A DNA stretch of 64,000 bases from a virus. Below, one piece after another: positions 50,699 to 58,820 of this stretch. The translations under genes and the position numbers were made by a program. Position 1 is the first letter of the stretch, and each line of letters opens with the position of its first letter. Below the pieces are notes generated by a model, which worked only from the letters and a program-made list of their open reading frames with translations, ran no database searches and was not told the origin of the DNA. The stretch is from the IMG/VR virus record IMGVR_UViG_3300009408_000001, positions 64,001-128,000 of that record; one strand, written 5' to 3'.

Positions 50699-52849
50699 AT
50701 GATTTTATTTCTGGATGATTGGAAGAAGTACCCCGGTGCCATTGCTGATACAAAGACGACCAACCAGTCCTTCCTACGAATGGCCTCTGTTTACAGGGCG
50801 AGTGGGGTTAAGAATTATTACTGGCACCTAGCGTTATTTGACCGACGGTTACAAGGAATCGACCCACATGACCCTAACTTAACCCAAGAACAGATTGCAT
50901 GGATAGCTGTAGAATGTACAGTTAACCCTATTTACACCTTACGGGAAATGATTAGGGTACCCTCACATGGTTCTCCTATTCCTAAGAAGTTCATTGCCAA
51001 CAGGGGTAACCTTGCCGTAATTTGGGCTTACATGGTACACATTGACGTGTACAACATCCAACCCAGACAAACAGGGAAGTCTGCATCAATCGATTGCTGG
51101 TGGGTTGTACTGCTTATAACAAACGCATACAGCTTTAAGGTGCAGTTGTTTACTGAGAAGGAGAAACTGCGTAGGGAAAATGTAATCCGGCTCAAGGATA
51201 TACGAGATTTGTTACCTTCGTATATAAACGCAACGGAACCGGGTAAGGACATGGACAACCATGAGACCGTTACGCTGGTTGGTAGAAAGAATCGGTACAT
51301 TACTGCGATTGGTAATGCCAGTACTGCTAAGGCCCGTAGTTTGGGTCGTGGCATGTCCTCTGGTACTATCCAACCAGATGAGTTTGCGTACATCCCAAAT
51401 GTGCACATCTCTATGTCGGTTGCTAAAGGTTCCTCTACTGCTGCACGTGCTGATGCCAGGATGAACGGTTCTCCTTACGGAAACGTGTTTACAACAACGG
51501 CGGGTTTACCGGATACAGTGGAAGGGGCATACGCATACAAGGCAGTCATGAATGCCATGGTGTGGGATGAGAAACTCTTTGACTGCAATGACATTGATGA
51601 TTGTCAAGTGGTTGTTAAGAAACACAGTCGTTCACTGGGACCTTCATTGAACGTAACCATGTCACATACCCAACTGGGACTAAGTGACCAGTGGCTAGAG
51701 GACGCGATCGCTAATGCAGAGGGTGACCCTGCTACCATTAACCGAGATTTCTTTCAGATATGGCAACCAGGCAGTGGACATTCTCCACTCAGTAATGACG
51801 TACTCAAGGTCATTCGATCCGGTGTAAAGCAACCTTGTTTTACAGAACGTACTCGGGAACACTACTTTATCAAGTGGTACATTCAAGAGAGTGAAGTACT
51901 ACGGATTATGAACAGTACGAACACAGTAGCTACCCTTGATTCGGGGAATGCAGTTGGTCAAGATGCAAATGCCGTGGTTATAATGGATGTCCGTGACATG
52001 TCCATACTGGCTACCTGTGAAGTAACGGAAGCCAGCCTGCTACACTATGGCCAATGGTTAGGTAACCTAATGGTCCGTTTTCCTAAGATGACACTGGTGC
52101 CAGAGAACAAATCCTCTGGGCAAGCCATCATCGATATCGTATCTGCGGTATTGGAAACTGCCGGACAGGATCCATTCAAGCGGATCTTCAATAGGGTAGT
52201 AGAAGAACGTGGTGCAAACCCAAATGCGTTCGCTCTGTTAACCCAACACGGGAGAAACCGTGGTACTGAAGTTTATGATCGACTGAAGAAGAAAATGGGG
52301 TTCATGACAACCGCCAGTACTCGAGAGTTCCTTTACTCTACAGTACTGCACCGTGCAACCAAGTCGACAGGACATCGGGTTGTAGATGAGACACTCTCTA
52401 AGCAACTCGGTACGTTGGTATATAAGCATAGTCGTGTGGATCACCCACCCGGTGGACATGATGACATGGTGATTAGCTGGTTACTAGGACACTGGTTCGT
52501 TAACTATGCTACTGACTTACGTCACTATGGGATTGAACGTGGTGTTGTGTTATCCAAGGTGTCTGCTGAAGGAGCATTACTGTCACCGGAAGAACAGGCA
52601 AAGAAAGATGCACAACAATACTTACGAGCACACATTGAGGTTAAGAAGAAAGAACTGCGTAAGAAACTTACACCTACACAGTACGCTAGGGCCGAACGGG
52701 AGTTAGCGATCCTGACTGCCAAGACAGAACGTGATGGGGGAGAGGTTGTATCCATGGATGAGCTTCTCGTTGAAGTGAAGGAGCACACCCACAAACGGGC
52801 ATCCGTTAGAGATGCGTTAGCTAACCTGAGGCTGCGGAAAGCGGTATAG
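50699..52849 (+). CDS. terL: Terminase large subunit (phiKZ gp25-like)
   Basis: Walker A PRQTGKS, Walker B QPDEFAY, TTTAG, nuclease LDSGNAVGQD and GHDDMVISW. Confidence 0.93.
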   Translation: MILFLDDWKKYPGAIADTKTTNQSFLRMASVYRASGVKNYYWHLALFDRRLQGIDPHDPNLTQEQIAWIAVECTVNPIYTLREMIRVPSHGSPIPKKFIANRGNLAVIWAYMVHIDVYNIQPRQTGKSASIDCWWVVLLITNAYSFKVQLFTEKEKLRRENVIRLKDIRDLLPSYINATEPGKDMDNHETVTLVGRKNRYITAIGNASTAKARSLGRGMSSGTIQPDEFAYIPNVHISMSVAKGSSTAARADARMNGSPYGNVFTTTAGLPDTVEGAYAYKAVMNAMVWDEKLFDCNDIDDCQVVVKKHSRSLGPSLNVTMSHTQLGLSDQWLEDAIANAEGDPATINRDFFQIWQPGSGHSPLSNDVLKVIRSGVKQPCFTERTREHYFIKWYIQESEVLRIMNSTNTVATLDSGNAVGQDANAVVIMDVRDMSILATCEVTEASLLHYGQWLGNLMVRFPKMTLVPENKSSGQAIIDIVSAVLETAGQDPFKRIFNRVVEERGANPNAFALLTQHGRNRGTEVYDRLKKKMGFMTTASTREFLYSTVLHRATKSTGHRVVDETLSKQLGTLVYKHSRVDHPPGGHDDMVISWLLGHWFVNYATDLRHYGIERGVVLSKVSAEGALLSPEEQAKKDAQQYLRAHIEVKKKELRKKLTPTQYARAERELAILTAKTERDGGEVVSMDELLVEVKEHTHKRASVRDALANLRLRKAV

Positions 52850-52851
52850 TG

Positions 52852-52874
52852 ATCGGACCCCACTGGGGTCCGAT
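52852..52874. terminator. Hairpin after terminase
   Basis: ATCGGACCCC-ACT-GGGGTCCGAT. Confidence 0.65.
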
Positions 52875-52926
52875 TCATTTATGTTCTTACCTCAACAGGG
52901 AGTACTATACTCAACAGGAGTTAACA

Positions 52927-53187
52927 ATGTACGATACAATACCGGAACCACACAACGGCTCTAGACTGCTCACAATTAAGGAGTTAAACGACATGTACTT
53001 AGCTAGGTGCAGGGATATGTCGAACAACAGTATCCCAGAACGTCTTTTACACATAGCAGAAGCAGTACAGACCATAACGAAAGAAATGGCTTCTAGGAAC
53101 AATGTATCTGGGATGACTGCGGTTATGTCAAAGTGTAGCTATAACTTACATACAGAGAAACAGCATGAACATGGAAGACCCGACTAG
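52927..53187 (+). CDS. Hypothetical protein
   Basis: AGGAG RBS before ATG at 52927. Confidence 0.65.
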   Translation: MYDTIPEPHNGSRLLTIKELNDMYLARCRDMSNNSIPERLLHIAEAVQTITKEMASRNNVSGMTAVMSKCSYNLHTEKQHEHGRPD

Positions 53188-53254
53188 TCGACAAGATTCC
53201 ATCGCCCTGCTATTTGATGACCTATATGTCAGAGTACGTGCAATTTAACGGACC

Positions 53255-54016
53255 ATGGCATCCCTAACACGAAATAACTATCGTTCCTATTCTGGAACGC
53301 ACAACGGAACATTACCTATGTGTGAACAAGCGTTTAAAGAAGTTGTTGAAGCAGTGTTGGAATTCTCAAAAGAGAATGAAGAGGTTCGACTTAAGGACCC
53401 AGTGTGTTGTGAACGTACCCCGGATTGGAACATGGCCGGTGCAAGAGAGACCTCTGAGTTCCTTGGAACACTTGGTTTGGAGTGGTACAGTCCTATCGAA
53501 GCTGATCTGATCGAGTCACAGTTGGAGATCATTGACGTTCTAATTTGCATGGTACATCGCATGATAGAACAAACCGAAGAGCCTGAAGATGTAGCGTCCG
53601 AGTTAAAGGACATGTGGCTTGAATGCAAGTCCCATAACCTCGAGTACATGTCCATGCGGGACATGGCACTGAGCCTCATGCGTTCATTTATTAATGTGAA
53701 AGCCATAATGGTGATTACATTACTGTTCTTGACGAACATCATGAAACGTCTAGAGATGGAACCCGCTATGATCAGTGGGTTACTGGTAGGTAAGCTTATC
53801 CTCATTCGGTTCAGACACGCCTACGGTTTCCGAGAGGGTGCGTATGACAAGAACTGGAACGGAGTATCGGACAGTAAGGTAGTGTACCAGTTTCTCATGG
53901 GGACCAACATGGACCCTACGCGTTTACGAGAGCACCTGGCTTCTGAGTACAGCAAGTACCTTAAAACCATTGTACCCAGGACTGACACATCGCCATGGCT
54001 CTGTTTAAGCAGATGA
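53255..54016 (+). CDS. Dimeric (all-alpha) dUTPase/dCTPase-like protein with degenerate motifs
   Basis: LEIIDVL and GKLILIRFRHAYGFREGAYDKNWNGVSD resemble dimeric dUTPase motifs (ELVD, KNxLNxFRQxxGYxxGxYxKxW.G.EDN). Confidence 0.65.
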   Translation: MASLTRNNYRSYSGTHNGTLPMCEQAFKEVVEAVLEFSKENEEVRLKDPVCCERTPDWNMAGARETSEFLGTLGLEWYSPIEADLIESQLEIIDVLICMVHRMIEQTEEPEDVASELKDMWLECKSHNLEYMSMRDMALSLMRSFINVKAIMVITLLFLTNIMKRLEMEPAMISGLLVGKLILIRFRHAYGFREGAYDKNWNGVSDSKVVYQFLMGTNMDPTRLREHLASEYSKYLKTIVPRTDTSPWLCLSR

Positions 54017-54136
54017 TGTAGGGTCTTAACTAGAGCTATCAATAGGAGAACACACGTAACTAAAGAATACGTTGAAGATCACGTAAAGGAAATACATAAA
54101 CGGGTATCCCCGTGTAATTTGACCTAATGACCGCAT

Positions 54137-54170
54137 AAAGAAGAGGCCCTTAACGGGGCCTCTTCTTTTT
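54137..54170. terminator. Bidirectional terminator (GAGGCCC family)
   Basis: AAAGAAGAGGCCCTTAACGGGGCCTCTTCTTTTT. Confidence 0.9.
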
Positions 54171-55785
54171 ATGTATAATGCTTGTAGGTTAGAATGCGGA
54201 GTGCTAAATAGACCAGTACCGCTATACGCGCAGGAGCGGTCGTAGAGCTGGACTTGTGCGCAATAGGTGATCTACTTAGGATATGTTCCATTTCGTCCCT
54301 TACGTACAGGATATCGGCATTTGTAACCTGTGATGACCGGAACATGTTCCTTAAGTTAACGACCAGGTGGATCATGGTATCTCCTGTCTTACCATTCTCC
54401 CGGTAGTAGTCGGTTATGTAGAGGATCATTTTTTTTACCATCTGGTGGATATCAAAGTACTTTGTATCCTCGTGGTGTTCCGATATGAAAGCCAACAGGA
54501 CCTTAACGTGTTTCATCTGCACAGTAGGAACCATGGCTAATGTCTGATCTAACAGATCGTCCTTAACCAAGTCAATCGGGTCTGCAATCACCCGGTCCAT
54601 TAGACGTACCAGAGTGTCGCTGTCGTCGACGTACTCCCGAATGGTTATCTCACCCTCCCTAGACACATAAGAAGACTGTGACATGACCCTGGTCTCCTTC
54701 TTAAGGAGATCGTGGTACAGTATGTTGATCTTCACCACCAACTTACGAATTCGTGTCTGGGTATCTGCCACTGCGTACAGAATCCGATCATCCGGTGCAA
54801 AGTCCATGAACGCCTTGTGATGCACACACGCCTTAGAACTCATGACTTCTGCACGGTGGTTAATGACCCCGCCCCAGGTATGGTACTTCTTAAGCAAAGA
54901 CTTCTTACTCAATGATTCGTACAGGGCCATTGCTACACTCTCTTGTGCAGCGTACTTATACGAGCGAGACATAAGCGAAGATAGGAACTTGTTATGCATC
55001 ATCCTCCATACTGCCTGAGAGGCGTACTGCTTGTCTTTGTCAGACAACTTAGGGTTGGTTAGAAATCGGTGTGCCAAGTAGACGTACGACATGTTCAATG
55101 CGGAACCGGTTACTTCCCACCCTGGGTTTACTTCTCTTTGATCGTGGTAATCGTCTACCAGTGCGCTCCAGTCGTCTACCCCTAGTATTTCCTCGATCCA
55201 AAGACGATCGTCGATTGAGGGGGCGTAGCGGAACTTATAGACCCCTACCAAGTTAGACCCCAGGAACTTTATGTTATCTTCTGACTTTGTTTCGAAGGCA
55301 TACACGTGTTCCATTACTTTCTGTGCGAACTTTCGATCAAAGGTAATGTGTTTTAGGTAATCCGTAAATACGGCTTTGATTGATTTGAACCTGCCTTTGG
55401 GATCTCGTTTCCATTCGGATTTGTCCTCGCTAGCCAGTGCCCTGAATTCTTTCCAGGTCCGGCTGGGTTTGTCTTGTCGGAAAGCCTCCATCGCTACGGC
55501 CATTTGTTCACCGGCTTCGTCTACATCATCTTCCGTATCATAGTTTGCATCACGGCCAGTGGCCTCATGCCAGGATGAAATATACTGGGTTTTTTTTACG
55601 TAAGTAGCGTAGTTGATGGTTGCGGAGATGTCCGTTTCCCACACGAGGTCGTCTGTGTCCACGTCCAGGGTGTACAGCCACACTGCCTTGTCTTGGGATG
55701 GGTTTGTTCCAGCGCCGTCTCCTGCGCGTTCTATGGCCTCTCCGGGTTGACTATACACCACCGTCTCAGATGGGAAACGAGTCAT
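54169..55785 (-). CDS. Conserved phiKZ-like virion (head) protein with acidic propeptide
   Basis: Conserved core from KSIKAVF...FLGSNLVGVYKF; N-terminal acidic region ending in VAME|AF. The start at 55785 is a best guess. Confidence 0.7.
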   Translation of the reverse strand: MTRFPSETVVYSQPGEAIERAGDGAGTNPSQDKAVWLYTLDVDTDDLVWETDISATINYATYVKKTQYISSWHEATGRDANYDTEDDVDEAGEQMAVAMEAFRQDKPSRTWKEFRALASEDKSEWKRDPKGRFKSIKAVFTDYLKHITFDRKFAQKVMEHVYAFETKSEDNIKFLGSNLVGVYKFRYAPSIDDRLWIEEILGVDDWSALVDDYHDQREVNPGWEVTGSALNMSYVYLAHRFLTNPKLSDKDKQYASQAVWRMMHNKFLSSLMSRSYKYAAQESVAMALYESLSKKSLLKKYHTWGGVINHRAEVMSSKACVHHKAFMDFAPDDRILYAVADTQTRIRKLVVKINILYHDLLKKETRVMSQSSYVSREGEITIREYVDDSDTLVRLMDRVIADPIDLVKDDLLDQTLAMVPTVQMKHVKVLLAFISEHHEDTKYFDIHQMVKKMILYITDYYRENGKTGDTMIHLVVNLRNMFRSSQVTNADILYVRDEMEHILSRSPIAHKSSSTTAPARIAVLVYLALRILTYKHYT

Positions 55786-55860
55786 TGCTTCTTCTTTAAC
55801 TGCAACGTACATGTACATATGTGGGTTCCCTATGGTAAGTATAGGATCCGACGTATTTCA

Positions 55861-55920
55861 AAACAATATTACCTTACTGATAACACGTCCGTGTTATTTA
55901 TTCTAATTGGAGCTTTACTT
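55861..55920 (+). promoter_or_regulatory. Regulatory cassette copy B (no terminator)
   Basis: AAACAATATTACCTTACTG-ATAACACGTCCGTGTTAT-TTATTCTAATTGGAG. Confidence 0.85.
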
Positions 55921-56742
55921 ATGAACAAACCTGTCTTTTTCAATCGTAATGTTCCCCTTGATGAATTCAAGGATCTCTTCGAAACAAAACTGGTGCCGGT
56001 TGAACTGGGTCGACATTACCTGCGTCCACCACAGGCAACCATGACCTCCTCGTGGGTAGCCGGTACTGACGTAATTCGCCATGTCACTGTACCCGGGTAT
56101 GACCACGATTGGGCGATGGTGTACGGTAGCATTGTAACCGAGACAGTACACATTGTTCCCCTGATCCCTCACATGGACGGTGTTACCCAGAGTATCCTGT
56201 TACTATTGGTAGACCACCGAAATTGCACACTGGACCTTGTAGAGGTAGTTTACACCGAGGAGCCGATTCACACCCTAACCGGGGAGGACATCATAGCACG
56301 TGTATCTGCGTACCTTCAAGCCGAACGTGAGAATGTGCTTTTATTGGAACGCGTTGAAGCAGACGATGGGTTTACGAACTGGCCCGACCCCGATGTGTTC
56401 CAAATCGAAGGCGGTACCCTGAGCGGACTTGCACACGCCATTGAAAGGGGGGGTAACCCCATGCTAGCGAAACATGTCCGGGAAACCCTGGTCGGGATGC
56501 AGGGTGATGGGAATACCGACCCTACAACTATGACATGGGATGCCACGGAGTATTTACGGATGTGGGGTAGTCCTGCGTCCACGGTGGAAACGGGAGAACC
56601 CGAGGGTGAATCCCAGAGACATAGTTTGGACGATGAAGTGGAACCTAATAGCGTAACCTGGGCACTGGACGATGCCACTGTGTCGGCCATTGCAGCATTG
56701 CTGATTGAAGCCCACCTACCGGAGGACCAGGGCGATGACTGA
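55921..56742 (+). CDS. Hypothetical early protein
   Basis: ATG at 55921 after the cassette RBS. Confidence 0.75.
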   Translation: MNKPVFFNRNVPLDEFKDLFETKLVPVELGRHYLRPPQATMTSSWVAGTDVIRHVTVPGYDHDWAMVYGSIVTETVHIVPLIPHMDGVTQSILLLLVDHRNCTLDLVEVVYTEEPIHTLTGEDIIARVSAYLQAERENVLLLERVEADDGFTNWPDPDVFQIEGGTLSGLAHAIERGGNPMLAKHVRETLVGMQGDGNTDPTTMTWDATEYLRMWGSPASTVETGEPEGESQRHSLDDEVEPNSVTWALDDATVSAIAALLIEAHLPEDQGDD

Positions 56743-57010
56743 GAAGTCGGGTAATAATGCGAGTCGTACCGAAAAGGGATTCGACATCGTAGTTGATGCA
56801 TTGTCTGACGTACCAGAGGTGTATGTACGCCATATGAACGAACATCTTTTAACAGATAAAGGAAAGAGTAATATGAAAAACAACGCCTACGGGAGTGGGG
56901 TTCTCCCCCGGACATGGGGGTCTAATAGATCCGTGGCAACCAGACCGAACAACCATAAGCAAGGGGGACCCGTACAGTCTCGTGGAAAGGGCAAAAGTAA
57001 GCGGTACTAA
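56735..57010 (+). CDS. Small basic-tailed protein
   Basis: GGAGGA RBS; ends in SRGKGKSKRY*. Confidence 0.65.
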   Translation: MTEKSGNNASRTEKGFDIVVDALSDVPEVYVRHMNEHLLTDKGKSNMKNNAYGSGVLPRTWGSNRSVATRPNNHKQGGPVQSRGKGKSKRY

Positions 57011-57052
57011 CCCAAGGGGATTGACCTGTGTAAAAGCGATAAGTGTGAAACA

Positions 57053-57360
57053 GGTGGAGATGAACCCTTTAGAGACCCGTTCGATGAACGCATCAAACAC
57101 TATACCAGTGTATACGACATCGGGTCCTCACACCCCCTATACTTGAACAGCCCTTCTGAGTACACGGTTACACGTAAGACTTACCTTACTACCTTACCAG
57201 GTCCTCGTATGTCTAAAGGTAAAGGTAAGGTTAAACGGTACTGATATACCTTCACTTCTTTCACTTCTATTATTAATAAAGGAGGTACCTATAGTGTAGA
57301 CGTCATACGCACCTATCCTGTAAAAGGGATAGGGGTGGAGATGAACCCTTTAGAGACCCG
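57053..57360 (+). repeat. 27-bp direct repeat GGTGGAGATGAACCCTTTAGAGACCCG
   Basis: Copies at 57053-57079 and 57334-57360, each preceded by a TGTAAAAG(C/G)GATA block. Confidence 0.95.
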
Positions 57361-57391
57361 AAGGGTCTAATAGATAAGTGAACGAAGTGAA
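57251..57391. ncRNA. Candidate structured non-coding element
   Basis: 57251-57272 pairs with 57368-57391 (21 bp, one mismatch, one 2-nt bulge); internal hairpins at 57312-57333 and 57355-57367; no ORF. Confidence 0.4.
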
Positions 57392-57674
57392 CTCCTTACT
57401 ACCTAACCATAACAGTTACTAGAGTAGTTAAGGTAATGACAATAGAGGACTAAAGGGTAGTACTGACTATACCCTATACATGAAGGTAACTATACACTAC
57501 CTTTAATGTAATGGTTACTACTTGACATACGGGATTAGACCTGATTAAGGATAAGGGATAGATAGACTTAACATAGATACATGATAGTAATACATGTAAG
57601 CTATGAGGTAATGAGATACACTGAAGTGATAAGGGTAAGTAATGATGCTTACTCTAAACTAGGGGAATGCGAAA

Positions 57675-58154
57675 ATGAGTAATACAGTGGTTAAAGGGGT
57701 TGTACCACTTCTTAGCTTACATGACCCCATTCGTCCACCTGTAGAGGACTGTGACCTATACACCGGACCTAACGGAGACCAGATCATCGTAATGCCCGAT
57801 GGCAACCACCTGCTTATTCGGCATAGCGAACACTATACGCTGCCTTACGTCATTGACTTACCCCTTACCTTGGATATCCACGCTAGGTCGGATAAGTGGA
57901 GACGGGGGTGGGAAGACACTCACTTACAAGTTAGAGAACAGGTGTTGACTATAACGACATGGGGTTCCCATAGTAGTCGTCGAGTTTTAGTTAGGAACCG
58001 CCCCATCTTGGGAATGGTTCCTCTTTCTGGGAAACGCTTACCTAAACAACAAGTCTGTATGTTAAAGGATCGTTCCCTTATCCTTGTTAACCCAGAGACA
58101 GCGGAAATAACTGAGCTGTATACACAGAAACCTACCGGGCGTAAAGAGCAATGA
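57675..58154 (+). CDS. Hypothetical protein
   Basis: AGGGG RBS; coupled to the next ORF. Confidence 0.7.
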   Translation: MSNTVVKGVVPLLSLHDPIRPPVEDCDLYTGPNGDQIIVMPDGNHLLIRHSEHYTLPYVIDLPLTLDIHARSDKWRRGWEDTHLQVREQVLTITTWGSHSSRRVLVRNRPILGMVPLSGKRLPKQQVCMLKDRSLILVNPETAEITELYTQKPTGRKEQ

Positions 58155-58348
58155 ATGCTGAAGGGGTACACATGTACCCCCTTGTGGGAGAACGCAGCTG
58201 TGAGGGCATTCTAGAGGGTACAGTACGTATAGAAAGGGACCTGCCACAGTACAACCAATACGATTTACTGGATAATGGTTCGAACGTAGGTGTCAACGTA
58301 TCCCGATATACGAACCAAAGTCAGTTACATATCCCAGTAACAGCATAA
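58151..58348 (+). CDS. Small hypothetical protein
   Basis: ATGA overlap; ends at a terminator. Confidence 0.6.
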   Translation: MNAEGVHMYPLVGERSCEGILEGTVRIERDLPQYNQYDLLDNGSNVGVNVSRYTNQSQLHIPVTA

Positions 58349-58352
58349 GCAG

Positions 58353-58440
58353 GAGGCCCCGTTAAGGGCCTTTTCTTTTTTCTTTGCCCTCACGCATATT
58401 TCAAAACCATATTACCTTACTGATAACACATCCGTGTTAT
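58353..58440 (+). promoter_or_regulatory. Regulatory cassette copy C (terminator with inverted loop, promoter, palindrome)
   Basis: GAGGCCCCGTTAAGGGCC-T tract; AAACCATATTACC; ATAACACATCCGTGTTAT at 58423-58440. Confidence 0.85.
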
Positions 58441-58549
58441 TGATTCTAATTGGATATCGAACACGTGTTCGATGATAGAGTGCACGGACTACTGAAGGAA
58501 GACCAGTCCATGGTATCTATTTACATCCAAGCCACCTGAGGATAAGTAA

Positions 58550-58726
58550 TTGTTCCTGTACATCCCTAAAAAGAAACCAGTTCCTAAACGTGGAGATATC
58601 ATCTCCACCCGGGGTAATGTAACCTACGTTCGTTTTAAGGTAGAACCCCGCCGGTTCATTAAGGGGTCTAGTGAAAAATGCGTCAGGGTTAACCCTGACA
58701 AGGACGATACCGATAAACCAACATAA
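58550..58726 (+). CDS. Possible small basic protein (TTG start)
   Basis: GAGGA upstream; 58-aa ORF ending just before a terminator. Confidence 0.35.
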   Translation: MFLYIPKKKPVPKRGDIISTRGNVTYVRFKVEPRRFIKGSSEKCVRVNPDKDDTDKPT

Positions 58727-58730
58727 ATAG

Positions 58731-58820
58731 GAGGCCCTTCACGGGGCCTCTTTTTTATTTGCGTTCCAGCCATTATTAAGAACCACATTGTTATTTAATT
58801 CATTTGGAGATTTAAAGATG
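58731..58820 (+). repeat. Regulatory cassette copy D with 22-bp internal deletion
   Basis: Matches copy A on both sides but lacks ACCTTACTGATAACACGTCCGT. Confidence 0.85.

Noticed and set aside
24573-52849. Introns or inteins in vRNAP subunits and terminase
   Set aside because: ORFs are continuous with lengths typical of homologs; no intein splice-junction or homing-endonuclease motifs seen. The beta insert lacks C/S...HN ends.
57053-57360. CRISPR array or mini-array
   Set aside because: Only two local copies 281 bp apart, no regular spacer lengths and no cas-like genes in the window.
40353-57376. Second recurring motif (A)GGGTCTAATAGA at 40353, 47989, 56918 and 57362
   Set aside because: Two hits encode the same peptide (QGLID) and two are local neighbours; three independent 13-mers is only borderline above chance. 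Worth including in a k-mer scan but not claimed.
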